A stretch of DNA of 64,000 nucleotides from an uncultured Chloroflexia bacterium. Lineage in GTDB: Bacteria > Chloroflexota > Limnocylindria > Limnocylindrales > CSP1-4. The position numbers were made by a program, and so were the translations under genes. Shown piece by piece: positions 28,266-38,039 of this stretch. The stretch spans positions 32,001-96,000 of the forward strand of contig CAVVCZ010000007.1 of the NCBI GenBank assembly GCA_963746845.1, read 5' to 3'. Position 1 is the first letter of the stretch. Every line of letters starts with the position of its first letter. The notes under the pieces were generated by a model. That model saw only the letters and a program-made list of their open reading frames with translations. It did no database searches and was not told where the DNA came from.

Positions 28266-29293
28266 ACGAGACATCGGGTTCGCGCGACGAGCGCTTCCTT
28301 GTCACGGGGGCTCTGGGGTGCATTGGCGCATGGACGGTGCGGGCCCTCATTCGCGAAGGGGTTCCGGTCGTCGCGTTCGATCTTGGCCGGGACCTCCGGC
28401 GCGTCGCGATGATCGTCGAACCGGACGAGCTGGCCCGCATTGATTTCGTCACGGGTGACATCACGGATCTCGGCGCGATTGAACGCGCGCTCGCGGACCA
28501 CGACATCACAAACGTGATCCATCTCGCCGCGCTGCAGGTTCCGTCCTGCCGCGCCGACCCACCGCTTGGGGCACGCGTCAACGTTGCCGGCACCGTCAAC
28601 GTGTTCGAGGCCGTCCGGCGCCGTGGGCCGGGCATGGCCCCAGTCGTCTACACCGGATCCATCGGCATGTACTCGCTGTCGGACGTCAACCCGGTATCCG
28701 GTCGTCTCGAGGAGGACGCCGACGCACATCCCGGAAACCACTACGGCGTCTACAAGCGGGCGAACGAAGGCACAGCCAGGATCTATTGGGCCAATTCGGC
28801 CGTGCCGAGCGTGGGGATCCGACCGATGACCGTCTACGGTGCGGGGCGAGACCAAGGGTTGACGAGCAGCCCAACAGCGGCGATCGCCGCCGCGGTGCTC
28901 GGGACGCCGTTCCGGATCTCGTTCGGCGGGCGGACCCTGTTCCAGTACGCGGGGGATGTCGCGCGCACGCTCATCCTGGCGAGTCGGAGCGCCCCATCAG
29001 GGGCCACGGTCTTCAACCTCGGTGGAAACGCCGTCCACATGGACAACTGGGTCCGGGCGATCGAAGACGCGGTTCCCGAGGCGGCCGGGCTCATCAGCGT
29101 CGCCTCGACCGAGCTACCGTTTCCAGCCGACATTGCACACGATCGGCTGGCACAGCTCGGTGAGGTGCCGGTCACGTCATATGACAAGGCCATCGCAGAG
29201 ACGGCTGCGATCTACCGCCGACTTGCCCGCCAGGGTCGACTCGTCGGTGCCGAACACGGGGTCGCCCAAACCCCGGTGCCCGTCGGCAAGTGA
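28262..29293 (+). CDS. Extended SDR (NAD-dependent epimerase/dehydratase family), copy 2
   Basis: Close paralog of 14700-15713 (ERFLVTGALGCIGAWTVRAL, HYGVYKRANEGTAR, GRDQGLTS). Confidence 0.9.
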   Translation: MNETSGSRDERFLVTGALGCIGAWTVRALIREGVPVVAFDLGRDLRRVAMIVEPDELARIDFVTGDITDLGAIERALADHDITNVIHLAALQVPSCRADPPLGARVNVAGTVNVFEAVRRRGPGMAPVVYTGSIGMYSLSDVNPVSGRLEEDADAHPGNHYGVYKRANEGTARIYWANSAVPSVGIRPMTVYGAGRDQGLTSSPTAAIAAAVLGTPFRISFGGRTLFQYAGDVARTLILASRSAPSGATVFNLGGNAVHMDNWVRAIEDAVPEAAGLISVASTELPFPADIAHDRLAQLGEVPVTSYDKAIAETAAIYRRLARQGRLVGAEHGVAQTPVPVGK

Positions 29294-29327
29294 TCCGCGC
29301 GCTCTTGACCCGTCGACAGCCTCGCCG

Positions 29328-29364
29328 TCCCGGCCGGCCTCCTCCAGGTCTGGGCGGCGAGGCT
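29328..29364. terminator. Stem-loop between convergent genes (second one at 29550-29576)
   Basis: AGCCTCGCCG...CGGCGAGGCT; GGGCAGGCG...CGCCTGCCC. Confidence 0.45.
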
Positions 29365-29609
29365 CGTTGATCGGCCGGGGCGCCGCGGACATGCCCATTT
29401 GAGGCCTCGTCAGGTTTGTTGGTCTGCCGGTCCGGCCTGCCGGATGCGGCGCGGGCGTGCCGCCGCCTCTCAGCACCATGGTCGGTCGCAGATTTGAGCT
29501 CACGGTCCGCGTCGTGACGACTGCGTCGATGCAGGAGCTGCGAGCCTGGGGGCAGGCGACGACCGACCGCCTGCCCGACGTCCCGGCGGGCGTGCCCTCG
29601 CGGCCGGGC

Positions 29610-30710
29610 TCACCCGACCGCGACCCGGCTCTGCTCGGCCCGGAGCCGCGCGTAGCCCGGCTTGACGATCTCGTTGATCAGGCGGAGGCGCTCGTCGAAC
29701 GGGGCGAACGCGCTCTTGAGCGCGTTGATCGTCAGCCACTCCATCTCGCCGAGCCCGATCCTGAACGCCTCGTCGAGCGCGGCGAACTCCGACGTGAGCG
29801 ATACACCGCTCATCAGCCGGTTGTCCGTGTTGACCGTGACCCGGAACCGCAGCCGGCGAAGGAGATCGATCGGATGGTCGGCGATCGTCGCGGCGGCGCC
29901 CGTGTGGACGTTCGATGTCGGGCACATCTCCAGGGGCACCCGACGATCGCGGACGAACGCGGCCAGCCGGCCGAGATGGACCGAGCCATCGTCGGCGATC
30001 GTGATGTCGTCGACGATCCGGACCCCGTGGCCGAGCCGCTCGGCGCCGGCGAACTGGAGCGCCTCCCAGATCGACGGCAGCCCGAACGACTCGCCCGCGT
30101 GGATCGTGATGTGGAAGTTCTCCCGGCGGACGAGGTCGAACGCGTCGAGGTAGCGCGTCGGCGGGTAGCCCTTCTCCGGCCCCGCGACGTCGAACCCGAC
30201 GACCCCCTCGTCGCGGTGGCGGACGGCGCACTCGGCCACCTCCACGGACCGCGCCGCCTGGCGCATCGCGGTGACGAGCATCTTCATCACGATCGGCCGA
30301 CCCGCCTCCGCCGCGCGCGCCGCGCCGATGCGGAACCCCTCCAGGTTGGCCACGACCACTTCGTCGAGGGTCAGCCCGTGCTCGGTCGAGAGCTCCGGGG
30401 CGTAGCGGACCTCGGCGTAGACCACGCCGTCAGCCGCCAGATCCTCCGCGCACTCCGCGGCGACCCGGATGATCGCGTCGCGCTCCTGCATGACCCCGAA
30501 CGTGTGCTGAAACGTCTCGAGATACAGCTCGAGCGACTTGCGGTCGGCGCCCCGCCGGAACCAGGTCGTCAGCTCGTCGACGTTCATCGTCGGCAGCTCG
30601 TGTCCGTACTCCCGGGCGAGGTCGACGATCGTCGCCGGGCGCAGGCCGCCGTCGAGATGGTCGTGGAGGAGCGCCTTCGGGGCGGTGCGGATCGTGTCCT
30701 GGGTGAGCAT
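29610..30710 (-). CDS. add: Adenosine deaminase
   Basis: PKALLHDHLDGGLRP, YAEVRYAPE, GFDVAGPE, HAGE, RLGHG, CPTSN, NTDN. Confidence 0.95.
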   Translation of the reverse strand: MLTQDTIRTAPKALLHDHLDGGLRPATIVDLAREYGHELPTMNVDELTTWFRRGADRKSLELYLETFQHTFGVMQERDAIIRVAAECAEDLAADGVVYAEVRYAPELSTEHGLTLDEVVVANLEGFRIGAARAAEAGRPIVMKMLVTAMRQAARSVEVAECAVRHRDEGVVGFDVAGPEKGYPPTRYLDAFDLVRRENFHITIHAGESFGLPSIWEALQFAGAERLGHGVRIVDDITIADDGSVHLGRLAAFVRDRRVPLEMCPTSNVHTGAAATIADHPIDLLRRLRFRVTVNTDNRLMSGVSLTSEFAALDEAFRIGLGEMEWLTINALKSAFAPFDERLRLINEIVKPGYARLRAEQSRVAVG

Positions 30711-30791
30711 GCGTCCTCGACCGCTGCGCGGGTTTGCGGGGATGGTACGACCGCCGCGGCTGGTCGGAGCCATCGTTGACCACGGACACCC

Positions 30792-30811
30792 CATCGGTTG
30801 AACGACCGATG
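30792..30811. promoter_or_regulatory. Palindrome CATCGG-N8-CCGATG upstream of the LAL regulator
   Basis: 16/20 identical to 34228-34247; ends 22 bp before -10 TACACT. Confidence 0.6.
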
Positions 30812-30846
30812 ACGCAGCCCATCCCACCGGGCCTACACTGCGCGCC

Positions 30847-33768
30847 ATGAAGCGCGCCGGTTCGATGCTCTGTCCCGTCATCCTCGGACGCGACGACTTG
30901 CTCGACCTGTTGGACGACTCGATCGCGGAGACACGCCAGGGTCGTGGCAGCACCCTGTTCCTGTCCGCTCCAGCAGGCCTCGGCAAGACCCGCCTGATCC
31001 GGGCCACCATCAGGAAGGCGGAGGCCGCCGGGCTCCGGGTTGACGGTGGCTCCGTCGCGCCGCAGGACCACCAGGTGCCGCTGGCGTCGATCCGCGAGAT
31101 GGCCGTCGGGATGCGCGGCAACGCCGCGTGGGGCACGCTGTCCGAGGACCTCCTCGCCATCGATGGCCACCACGACGGCGATGCGCTCGGGGCGCGACGG
31201 CTGATCGTCCGGGCGGCGGCGGACCGGATCCTCGCGGCGATCGACCGCCCGACGCTGCTCATCTTCGACGACCTCCACTGGACCGACGAGATGAGCCTGG
31301 AGGTCATCGGCGAGCTCGCGCGCCACAGCGCGGAGCGCGCGCTGTTCCTGCTGGCCGGCTATCGGGCCGACGAGTTCCGGCCGGACACGATCCACCGCGA
31401 GTGGCGTGCGCGGCTCTTGAGCCAGCGCCATGCGGAGGAGGTCCGCCTCCGGCCACTCACCCGCGAGGAGACCGGAACCGCGACCACGCTCATCCTCGGC
31501 GGCGAGCTGCCGGCGCCGCGTGAGGTCGTCGACGCGGTCCACGACCGGACAAACGGGATTCCGCTCCACATCGAGGAGCTCCTCGCCGCGCTGGGCGACG
31601 ACGAGCGGCGCGACGGTCGGCGCATCCGCGACGCCCATGTGCCGGACACCATCGGCGATGCAGTCCTGGCCCGGCTGGCCCGGCTGTCCGGCAATGCCCA
31701 GCTGGTCGCGCGAGCGGGCGCCGTCATCGGGCGCTGCTTCAGCCCGGACGTGATCGCCGGCCTGCTCGATCGCCCGCTGGTGGAGCTCGAACCAACGATC
31801 GCCGAACTCGTTGACGCCTCGATCCTTTACCCGTTCGACTACATCGACCAGGGCTACTACGACTTCCGTCACCAGCTCCTGCGCGACGCGATCTACGGCG
31901 CCGTCCCGCCGTCGCAGCTGCGGAAGTTCCACGCCCAGGCCGCCGAGTTCGTGATGACGCTCGAGGGGTCCAGCGTGGTCCACGCATCGCGTCATTACGA
32001 GCGGGCCGGGCTCCGACCACAGGCCTTCCGCGCGTCGATGACGGCCGCCCAGGCGGCCAGTCGGATCTCCGCGCGGCAGGAGGCCTACGAGCTGTACCGG
32101 AGGGCCGTCGACAACATGCCGCCGGACCTGCCGATCACCGAACAGGCCCAGCTGTACTCATCGGTCGCCGGAGCCGCGGGGGCGATCGAGCTGAACCAGG
32201 AGTGCTACGACGCCGCGGCCATGGCGCGCGCGCTGTGGCTGGAGGCGGGACGCCCGCTCGAGGCAGCGGAGATGCTTGGCTCGATGTCCGTTCTCACCGC
32301 GCGCGACGGCTCGCCCGCCGATCAGCTCCGCGCGATGGCCGAGCAGGCGCTGGCCGAGATCCAGGACTTGCCCGTGACGCGCGAGCGGGAGGTCGTGCGG
32401 GGATCCCTCCTGAGCTCGGTGGCCGCGAACTTCCTGTGGGCCTCGGATCTCGAGTCTGCCCGGACGACCGCCATGTCCGCGCGCGAGCTGTCGGACTCGG
32501 TCGGCGACCGCGAGACCGCCCTCGAAGCGGAGCTGTGCCTGGCCCGGATCGACATCGCTGCCGGTCGGATCGAGCAGGGCCTGTCGGACGGGATGCGCGC
32601 GGCTCGGGAGGCGCGCGATGCCGGCTACGAGAGCGTCGGGGTGACCGGCTACCGAAACCTGGCGATCATGGCCGCCCGGGTCATGGACCACGGCTCGGCG
32701 AAGGTCGCAATCGGAGAGGGCCTCCAGTACGCCGACGCGATCGAGCAATCCCATTGCCGCCAGATGATCGCGACGACATTGGCGATCCTCGACTGGGCGG
32801 CAGGAAACTGGGAAGACGCGGACGCGCGTGCCCGCCAGGAGCTCGTCGACCGCGGCTGCCGTCGGGGGGTCATCGGGGCGCTCGATGCGATCGGCCTGGT
32901 GGCGCTCGGGCACGGCCGATTGGATGAGGCCCGCCGCTGGCTGGACGAGTCGCTGGACACGGGCAAGGGGATCGGCGAGGCGCAGCTGATCCTCACGCCG
33001 TTGTGGGGCCTGGCCGAGGTGGACCTCGCGGCCGGCAGTCCGGCCGACGCCGTCGCCCGCTGCGGGCAGGCGCTCGACATCGTCGGGCGCGCGGACGAGC
33101 GGGCGCTCCTCATCCCATTCGTGGTGACCGGGACCCGGGCGTTGCTCGCCGCCCGGCGGCCGGACGACGCGGAGCGCTGGCTGGCGACGATGCGGGACGA
33201 GCTGGTGGGCTGGGAGGCCGTGGCGGAGCCGGCCCTCGCCCACGCCGATGGGCTCGTGAAGCTGGCGGCCGGTTCGCTGTCCGCAGGGCGTGAGGCGTTC
33301 GAGATCGCGATCCGCGGCTGGGACGAGCGACGCCGCTTCTGGGAGGCGTCCTGGGCGCGGCTCGACCTGGCCCACGCGCTCATTCGTTCGAACCGCTACG
33401 GCGAGGCGTCGACGCTCGTGGTCCAGGTCCGGACGCGGGCCGAGATCGTCGAGAGCCCCGCCCTCATGGCCCGGGCCGACGAGCTGGCCCGGATCGGGCG
33501 CGGGCGGGGCACGACCGAGGAGCCGTGGCATCCGCTGACCGCCCGCGAATTCGAGGTCGCCCGGCTGATCGCGGAGGGTCTCACGAACGGCGAGATCGCC
33601 GAACAGCTCGACATCGCGCCGAAGACGGCCAGCTCGCACGTCGAGCACATCCTCGCGAAGCTCGGGGTCACGCGCCGGGCGGAGATCGCAGCCTGGACGG
33701 CGACGGTCAATCGGCCGGTCGCGGCAGACCGCACCGGCGGCGGCACGGCCGTCGCCACCCGCCGCTAG
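30847..33768 (+). CDS. Large ATP-binding LuxR-family (LAL) transcriptional regulator
   Basis: APAGLGKT, LIFDDLHW, TNGIPLHIEEL, FRHQLLRDAIY, C-terminal LTAREFEVARLIAEGLTNGEIA. Confidence 0.93.
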   Translation: MKRAGSMLCPVILGRDDLLDLLDDSIAETRQGRGSTLFLSAPAGLGKTRLIRATIRKAEAAGLRVDGGSVAPQDHQVPLASIREMAVGMRGNAAWGTLSEDLLAIDGHHDGDALGARRLIVRAAADRILAAIDRPTLLIFDDLHWTDEMSLEVIGELARHSAERALFLLAGYRADEFRPDTIHREWRARLLSQRHAEEVRLRPLTREETGTATTLILGGELPAPREVVDAVHDRTNGIPLHIEELLAALGDDERRDGRRIRDAHVPDTIGDAVLARLARLSGNAQLVARAGAVIGRCFSPDVIAGLLDRPLVELEPTIAELVDASILYPFDYIDQGYYDFRHQLLRDAIYGAVPPSQLRKFHAQAAEFVMTLEGSSVVHASRHYERAGLRPQAFRASMTAAQAASRISARQEAYELYRRAVDNMPPDLPITEQAQLYSSVAGAAGAIELNQECYDAAAMARALWLEAGRPLEAAEMLGSMSVLTARDGSPADQLRAMAEQALAEIQDLPVTREREVVRGSLLSSVAANFLWASDLESARTTAMSARELSDSVGDRETALEAELCLARIDIAAGRIEQGLSDGMRAAREARDAGYESVGVTGYRNLAIMAARVMDHGSAKVAIGEGLQYADAIEQSHCRQMIATTLAILDWAAGNWEDADARARQELVDRGCRRGVIGALDAIGLVALGHGRLDEARRWLDESLDTGKGIGEAQLILTPLWGLAEVDLAAGSPADAVARCGQALDIVGRADERALLIPFVVTGTRALLAARRPDDAERWLATMRDELVGWEAVAEPALAHADGLVKLAAGSLSAGREAFEIAIRGWDERRRFWEASWARLDLAHALIRSNRYGEASTLVVQVRTRAEIVESPALMARADELARIGRGRGTTEEPWHPLTAREFEVARLIAEGLTNGEIAEQLDIAPKTASSHVEHILAKLGVTRRAEIAAWTATVNRPVAADRTGGGTAVATRR

Positions 33769-33843
33769 GGACGACCCGCTCCGCCTCTCGCCGCGACTCG
33801 GAATCCGTCGTCCCGAAGACTCCCGCTGCCCGCCCGGAATCGA

Positions 33844-33881
33844 GATCGGGTGGCGACACCGATGCGCGTCACCACCCGATC
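33844..33881. terminator. Stem-loop between convergent genes
   Basis: GATCGGGTGG...CCACCCGATC. Confidence 0.5.
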
Positions 33882-33899
33882 CGGACCCCCCGTCCCCGA

Positions 33900-34148
33900 T
33901 CAGACCTCGATCGGGAGCTCGTAGATCTCGGGCGTCGGATGGCCGGCCCGCTCGTGGACGCGCATCACGGCTTCCCTGGACGGGCCGGTCGCGAGGCAGA
34001 ACACCTTGCCGGACTCCGGATCGAGCCAGGCTCGCTCGTAGTGCACGCCTTCCTCGCCCTCGAGCTCGAGGTCGCGCTGATGCGCCTCCAGCAGCTGCTG
34101 TCGGGTGACGCCGACAAAGCCGTTGTGGATGTCCATGAACGTCGCCAC
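33900..34148 (-). CDS. DUF4242 (SCO4226-like nickel-binding) small protein
   Basis: FMDIH, AHQRDL, W.D..SGKVFCL, VHERAGH; GGAGG SD. Confidence 0.85.
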   Translation of the reverse strand: MATFMDIHNGFVGVTRQQLLEAHQRDLELEGEEGVHYERAWLDPESGKVFCLATGPSREAVMRVHERAGHPTPEIYELPIEV

Positions 34149-34227
34149 CGCGGATCCTCCGTTCGGTTCAGGCTGATCGACGACCGTCGATCGATGCCCT
34201 GACGATCGCGTCCACCGGGACGTCGGT

Positions 34228-34247
34228 CATCGGTCAATCGCCCGATG
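34228..34247. promoter_or_regulatory. Palindrome CATCGG-N8-CCGATG upstream of the DUF4242 gene
   Basis: Matches 30792-30811. Confidence 0.6.
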
Positions 34248-34306
34248 AGCGGTGGGATTCACGCGACCGACGGATGACCGACCGGCGGGGCCGGTCGCCG
34301 TCGGCC

Positions 34307-35749
34307 CTACCCGGCGTCGAGGCGCGCCCGCGCGGCCGCGATCGCCGCCGCCACCCGTCCCGGGGCCGTCCCGCCGGTGATGTCGGCCGCGGCGAGCGAT
34401 CCCTCGACGGTCGCCGCGGACAGGAGGCTCGCCCCGATCCCGGGCTCCGCGGCAAGCGTGCGCGCCGTCGCGTCGTCGGAGGCCCCCAGCAGCGTCTCGA
34501 GGGCGGCCGGCGGCAGGTCCGCGAGCCGGCTCACGCCGTCCCGCTCGGCCCCCGCGACCAGCGCCCCCACGACGTGGTGGGCGGCACGGAACGGCACGCC
34601 GCGCCGGACGAGCGCGTCGGCCAGGGTTGTCGCCGTCGTATAGCCCTCGGCCGCCGCGGACGCCATCGCGGCCCGATCGATCGCGAGCGTCGTCACAAGC
34701 CCGGCCATGACCGCGAGCGATGCCTCCGCCGTCGCGACCGCGGCGAAGAGCGGCGGCTTGTCCTCCTGGAGGTCGCGCTGGTAGCCGAGCGGCAGGCCCT
34801 TGAGCAGGGTCAGGACACCCGCGACGGCAGCGATCGTTGCCGCCGTCCGGCCGCGGACGAGCTCGGCCGGGTCCGGGTTCCGCTTGTTCGGCATCATCGA
34901 GCTCCCCGTCGAGTACGCCTCTGCGACCCGGATGAACCCGAAGCGCGGGTTCGACCACCAGGCGATCTCCTCGGCGAGCCGGCTCAGGTGGACCATCGCC
35001 AACGCGATCGCCGCCAGCGTCTCGACGACGAAGTCGCGGTCCCCGACTGCATCGAGCGAATTCGCGGTGACCCCGTCGAACCCGAGCTCCGCGGCCGTGG
35101 CCTCGCGGTCGATCGGGTAGCCCGCACCGGCCAGCGCCCCGCTGCCGAGCGGGCTCACGTTCAGCCGGCGCCGCGCGTCCGCCAGGCGTCCGCGATCGCG
35201 CTCGGCCATCTCGACGTAGGCGAGCAGGTGGTGGCCGAACAGCACCGGCTGGGCCGGCTGGGTGTGGGTCGATCCGGGCAGGACCGCGTCCCCGTCGCGC
35301 TCGGCGAGCCCGACGAGGGCGTCCTCGAACGCAAGGAGCCCGGCATCGAGCCGGTCGATCGCCCGGCGCGTCCAGAGCCGGAGATCCGTTGCGACCTGGT
35401 CATTGCGCGACCGACCGGTGTGGAGCCGACCGGCGACGGGTCCGATCCGCTCGGTCAGCGCCGCCTCGAGGTTCAGGTGGACGTCCTCGAGGGCCGGATC
35501 CCAGCGCAGCTCGCCGCCGACGACGTCGCGCCGGAGGTCCTGGAGCCCGGCAACGAGCGTCGCCACGTCCGCATCGTCGAGGATCCCGGCGCGGCCGAGA
35601 CCGCGGACATGGGCGATCGACCCGTCGAGGTCGTCGAGGGCGAGCTCCGCGTCGACGTGAATCGAGCGTCCGAACGCGGCCGCCCGCTCGGCGGCGTCGT
35701 CGTCGATGCCGTCGCCCCCAGCCGTGAACCGCCCGCCCCACAGTCGCAT
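34307..35749 (-). CDS. argH: Argininosuccinate lyase
   Basis: MRLWGGRF, EDVH, HTGRSRNDQ, STGSSMMPNKRNPD, DLQEDK. Confidence 0.96.
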   Translation of the reverse strand: MRLWGGRFTAGGDGIDDDAAERAAAFGRSIHVDAELALDDLDGSIAHVRGLGRAGILDDADVATLVAGLQDLRRDVVGGELRWDPALEDVHLNLEAALTERIGPVAGRLHTGRSRNDQVATDLRLWTRRAIDRLDAGLLAFEDALVGLAERDGDAVLPGSTHTQPAQPVLFGHHLLAYVEMAERDRGRLADARRRLNVSPLGSGALAGAGYPIDREATAAELGFDGVTANSLDAVGDRDFVVETLAAIALAMVHLSRLAEEIAWWSNPRFGFIRVAEAYSTGSSMMPNKRNPDPAELVRGRTAATIAAVAGVLTLLKGLPLGYQRDLQEDKPPLFAAVATAEASLAVMAGLVTTLAIDRAAMASAAAEGYTTATTLADALVRRGVPFRAAHHVVGALVAGAERDGVSRLADLPPAALETLLGASDDATARTLAAEPGIGASLLSAATVEGSLAAADITGGTAPGRVAAAIAAARARLDAG

Positions 35750-35921
35750 GGCGGCAATCATGCCGCGATCCGACAGGGTTGGGCGGGATGATCGCGTCGA
35801 GCCGGTACCGCCGACCTGCAACGGCGGTGCCGGCCGGTGTGTTCCGACGGGTAGAGCGGCCCCTTCCCCTCCGCAGGTTGGATCAGTAGACTAGGCCAAC
35901 CGCATCGCGAACCGAGGAACC

Positions 35922-36887
35922 ATGACCACGCGCAGCTCCCGGATCGACTGGCTGATCTTCATCGCCCTTGGCTTCTTCTGGGGCAGCAGCTACCTGTTCA
36001 TCAAGATCGGGGTCGACCACGGTCTCGAGCCGTTCACGCTGATCATGTTCCGGCTGCTGATCGGGTTCATCCTGCTCGCCTCGGTCGTCGCGATCGCCCG
36101 CCAGCCGCTCCCCCGCGACCCGCGGACGTACGGTCACCTGCTGGTCATGGGCACGATCAACATCGCGATCCCGTTCGCCCTGATCACCTTTGCCGAGCAG
36201 ACGGTCGACTCGTCGCTCGCGTCCGTCATCAACAGCGCCGTGCCGCTGTTCGTGATCGTCCTGGCGGCGATCTTCCTGCCCGGCGAGACGATCACCGTCA
36301 ACCGCCTGGCCGGGCTCGGGATCGGGTTCGTCGGCGTCGCGATCCTCGTCGGGTTCGACGTGTCGGCGCTCGGCGGCTCCAACGTCACGGGTGAGCTCGC
36401 CCTCATCCTCGCGACGATCTCGTATGCCGCCGGCAACGTCTACGCGAAGCGCAACATCCACGGTCTGCGCCCGATGATCCCGGCCGTCTTCCAGGTGTTC
36501 TTCGGGCTGCTCGTGACGAGCTCCCTCGCCTTCACGACCGAGCGCCCGCTCGCGGTCGACTGGTCGCCCGAGGCCGTCCTCGCCGTCGTCTGGCTCGGGC
36601 TGCTCGGCTCCGGACTCGCCTATCTGTGCTACTTCCGGATCCTCCAGCGATGGGGCGCGACGCGAACCTCGCTCGTCGCCTACCTCCTGCCGGTCTGGGG
36701 GATCGCTCTCGGCTCGATCGTCCTGAGCGAGCCGATCGCCGCGACGACGCTCGTGGGGACGGCGCTGATCATCGGCGGGATCGCGCTGGTGAACTCCCGG
36801 TACGGCACGCGGGCACTCTACGTCCGGGGTGGCCCGGCCGTGCCGGCGACGGCCGTCCACGCTCCGCAGCCGGAGGCGCGGCCCTAG
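35922..36887 (+). CDS. EamA/DMT transporter
   Basis: WGSSYLFIKI, ~10 TM, GATRTSLVAYLLPV. Confidence 0.92.
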   Translation: MTTRSSRIDWLIFIALGFFWGSSYLFIKIGVDHGLEPFTLIMFRLLIGFILLASVVAIARQPLPRDPRTYGHLLVMGTINIAIPFALITFAEQTVDSSLASVINSAVPLFVIVLAAIFLPGETITVNRLAGLGIGFVGVAILVGFDVSALGGSNVTGELALILATISYAAGNVYAKRNIHGLRPMIPAVFQVFFGLLVTSSLAFTTERPLAVDWSPEAVLAVVWLGLLGSGLAYLCYFRILQRWGATRTSLVAYLLPVWGIALGSIVLSEPIAATTLVGTALIIGGIALVNSRYGTRALYVRGGPAVPATAVHAPQPEARP

Positions 36888-36896
36888 CCCGGCCGG

Positions 36897-38039
36897 TCAT
36901 CCGACCCTGACGATCTCGACGGCCGGTGATTCCCCGCGATCCTCGACCGGGATCGCGCCGAGCGTGGCTCCGCTCGCCTCGGGGATCGTGTCGTTGATGA
37001 ACAGCCCGGTCGCGGTCTCGACCGACGCCCGGACCTTCAGGAGGTCGGCGGTCCGGTGGGGCGGGGAGAACTCGATCGAGAGGTGCCAGTCGTCGGCGCC
37101 GTTCGGGGCCTCCTGGACGACCATCAGGTACGGCAGCTCGAACCCGAACAGGCCGTCGTAGCGGAGGACGAGGCGGCGCAGGATCCGGGCGAGCTCCACG
37201 CGCTCGCCGGGGTCCAGGTCGCCGAGCCGGCGGGCGCCGTGCCGGCGGGCCCGGACGTGGACCTCGAACGGCCAGCGCGGGGCGAACGGGACGCCCACCG
37301 CGAACGCCCCCGAGGCCTCGATCGTCCGGGCTCCGGCGGCCGCGACGTCCGCCTCCGTCTCGCCGGCCGGGCCCGGCTCCGTGAGCGAACATCCGAGACA
37401 GCCGCCCGTCCGCGCCCGGTGACCCGCGAGCGCCTCCACCCGGGCGGCGATGAGCGACGGCACCCGGTCGAACGCGTAGATCTGGCCGTGCGGGTGCGAC
37501 AGGGTCGCCCCGACGGCGGCGCCGCGGTTCTCGAAGATCAGGACGAACGCGTGACGCGGATCCGACCAGAGATCGCGCGAGCGGTCGGCCCAGATCGCGA
37601 CGAGCCGGGCCAGCGCGTCAGGGTCGAGGGTCGCGAGGGAGCCCTCGTGGCGGTCCGTGTACAGGACGACCTCGCAGCGACCGAACGACGGGGCGACGCC
37701 GGTCAGGTCCGGCGGCGGCGGCGGGTCCGGCTCGAGCGACGGGAACCGGTTCTCGAAGACCGCGGCGTCGTAGGCGAACGGGACCTCCGGGCCGCCCGGG
37801 CAGAGCGGACAGGCCGGTCCGGAGCCGCCCGGGGCCGCTGAGGCGTCGGGCCGGGTGTTGCGCGCCGGCGAGATCGCGACCCAGCCGTCCGTCAGCGCGT
37901 CGTGGCGCAGGTGGAGGCCGGTCGGGCCCTCCGCTGCGGGCGCGGCCGCCTGGCTCTCGTCGAGCGTGCCGCGAAGGGGGCCGTACACGTAGAGGCGGCG
38001 TCCGTCCGCATGCCGCAGGAGGTGTCGCTCGACGGTCAC
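36897..38039 (-). CDS. galT: Galactose-1-phosphate uridylyltransferase
   Basis: RNTRP, CPLCPG, FENRFPSL, FENRG..VGATLSHPHGQIY. Confidence 0.93.
   Translation of the reverse strand: MTVERHLLRHADGRRLYVYGPLRGTLDESQAAAPAAEGPTGLHLRHDALTDGWVAISPARNTRPDASAAPGGSGPACPLCPGGPEVPFAYDAAVFENRFPSLEPDPPPPPDLTGVAPSFGRCEVVLYTDRHEGSLATLDPDALARLVAIWADRSRDLWSDPRHAFVLIFENRGAAVGATLSHPHGQIYAFDRVPSLIAARVEALAGHRARTGGCLGCSLTEPGPAGETEADVAAAGARTIEASGAFAVGVPFAPRWPFEVHVRARRHGARRLGDLDPGERVELARILRRLVLRYDGLFGFELPYLMVVQEAPNGADDWHLSIEFSPPHRTADLLKVRASVETATGLFINDTIPEASGATLGAIPVEDRGESPAVEIVRVG

Noticed and set aside
29400-29600. ncRNA or riboswitch
   Set aside because: Only generic hairpins between convergent genes; no recognisable family motif
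35801-35834. Arginine attenuator upstream of argH
   Set aside because: The hairpin lies upstream of the apparent leaderless -10 and there is no Arg-rich leader peptide
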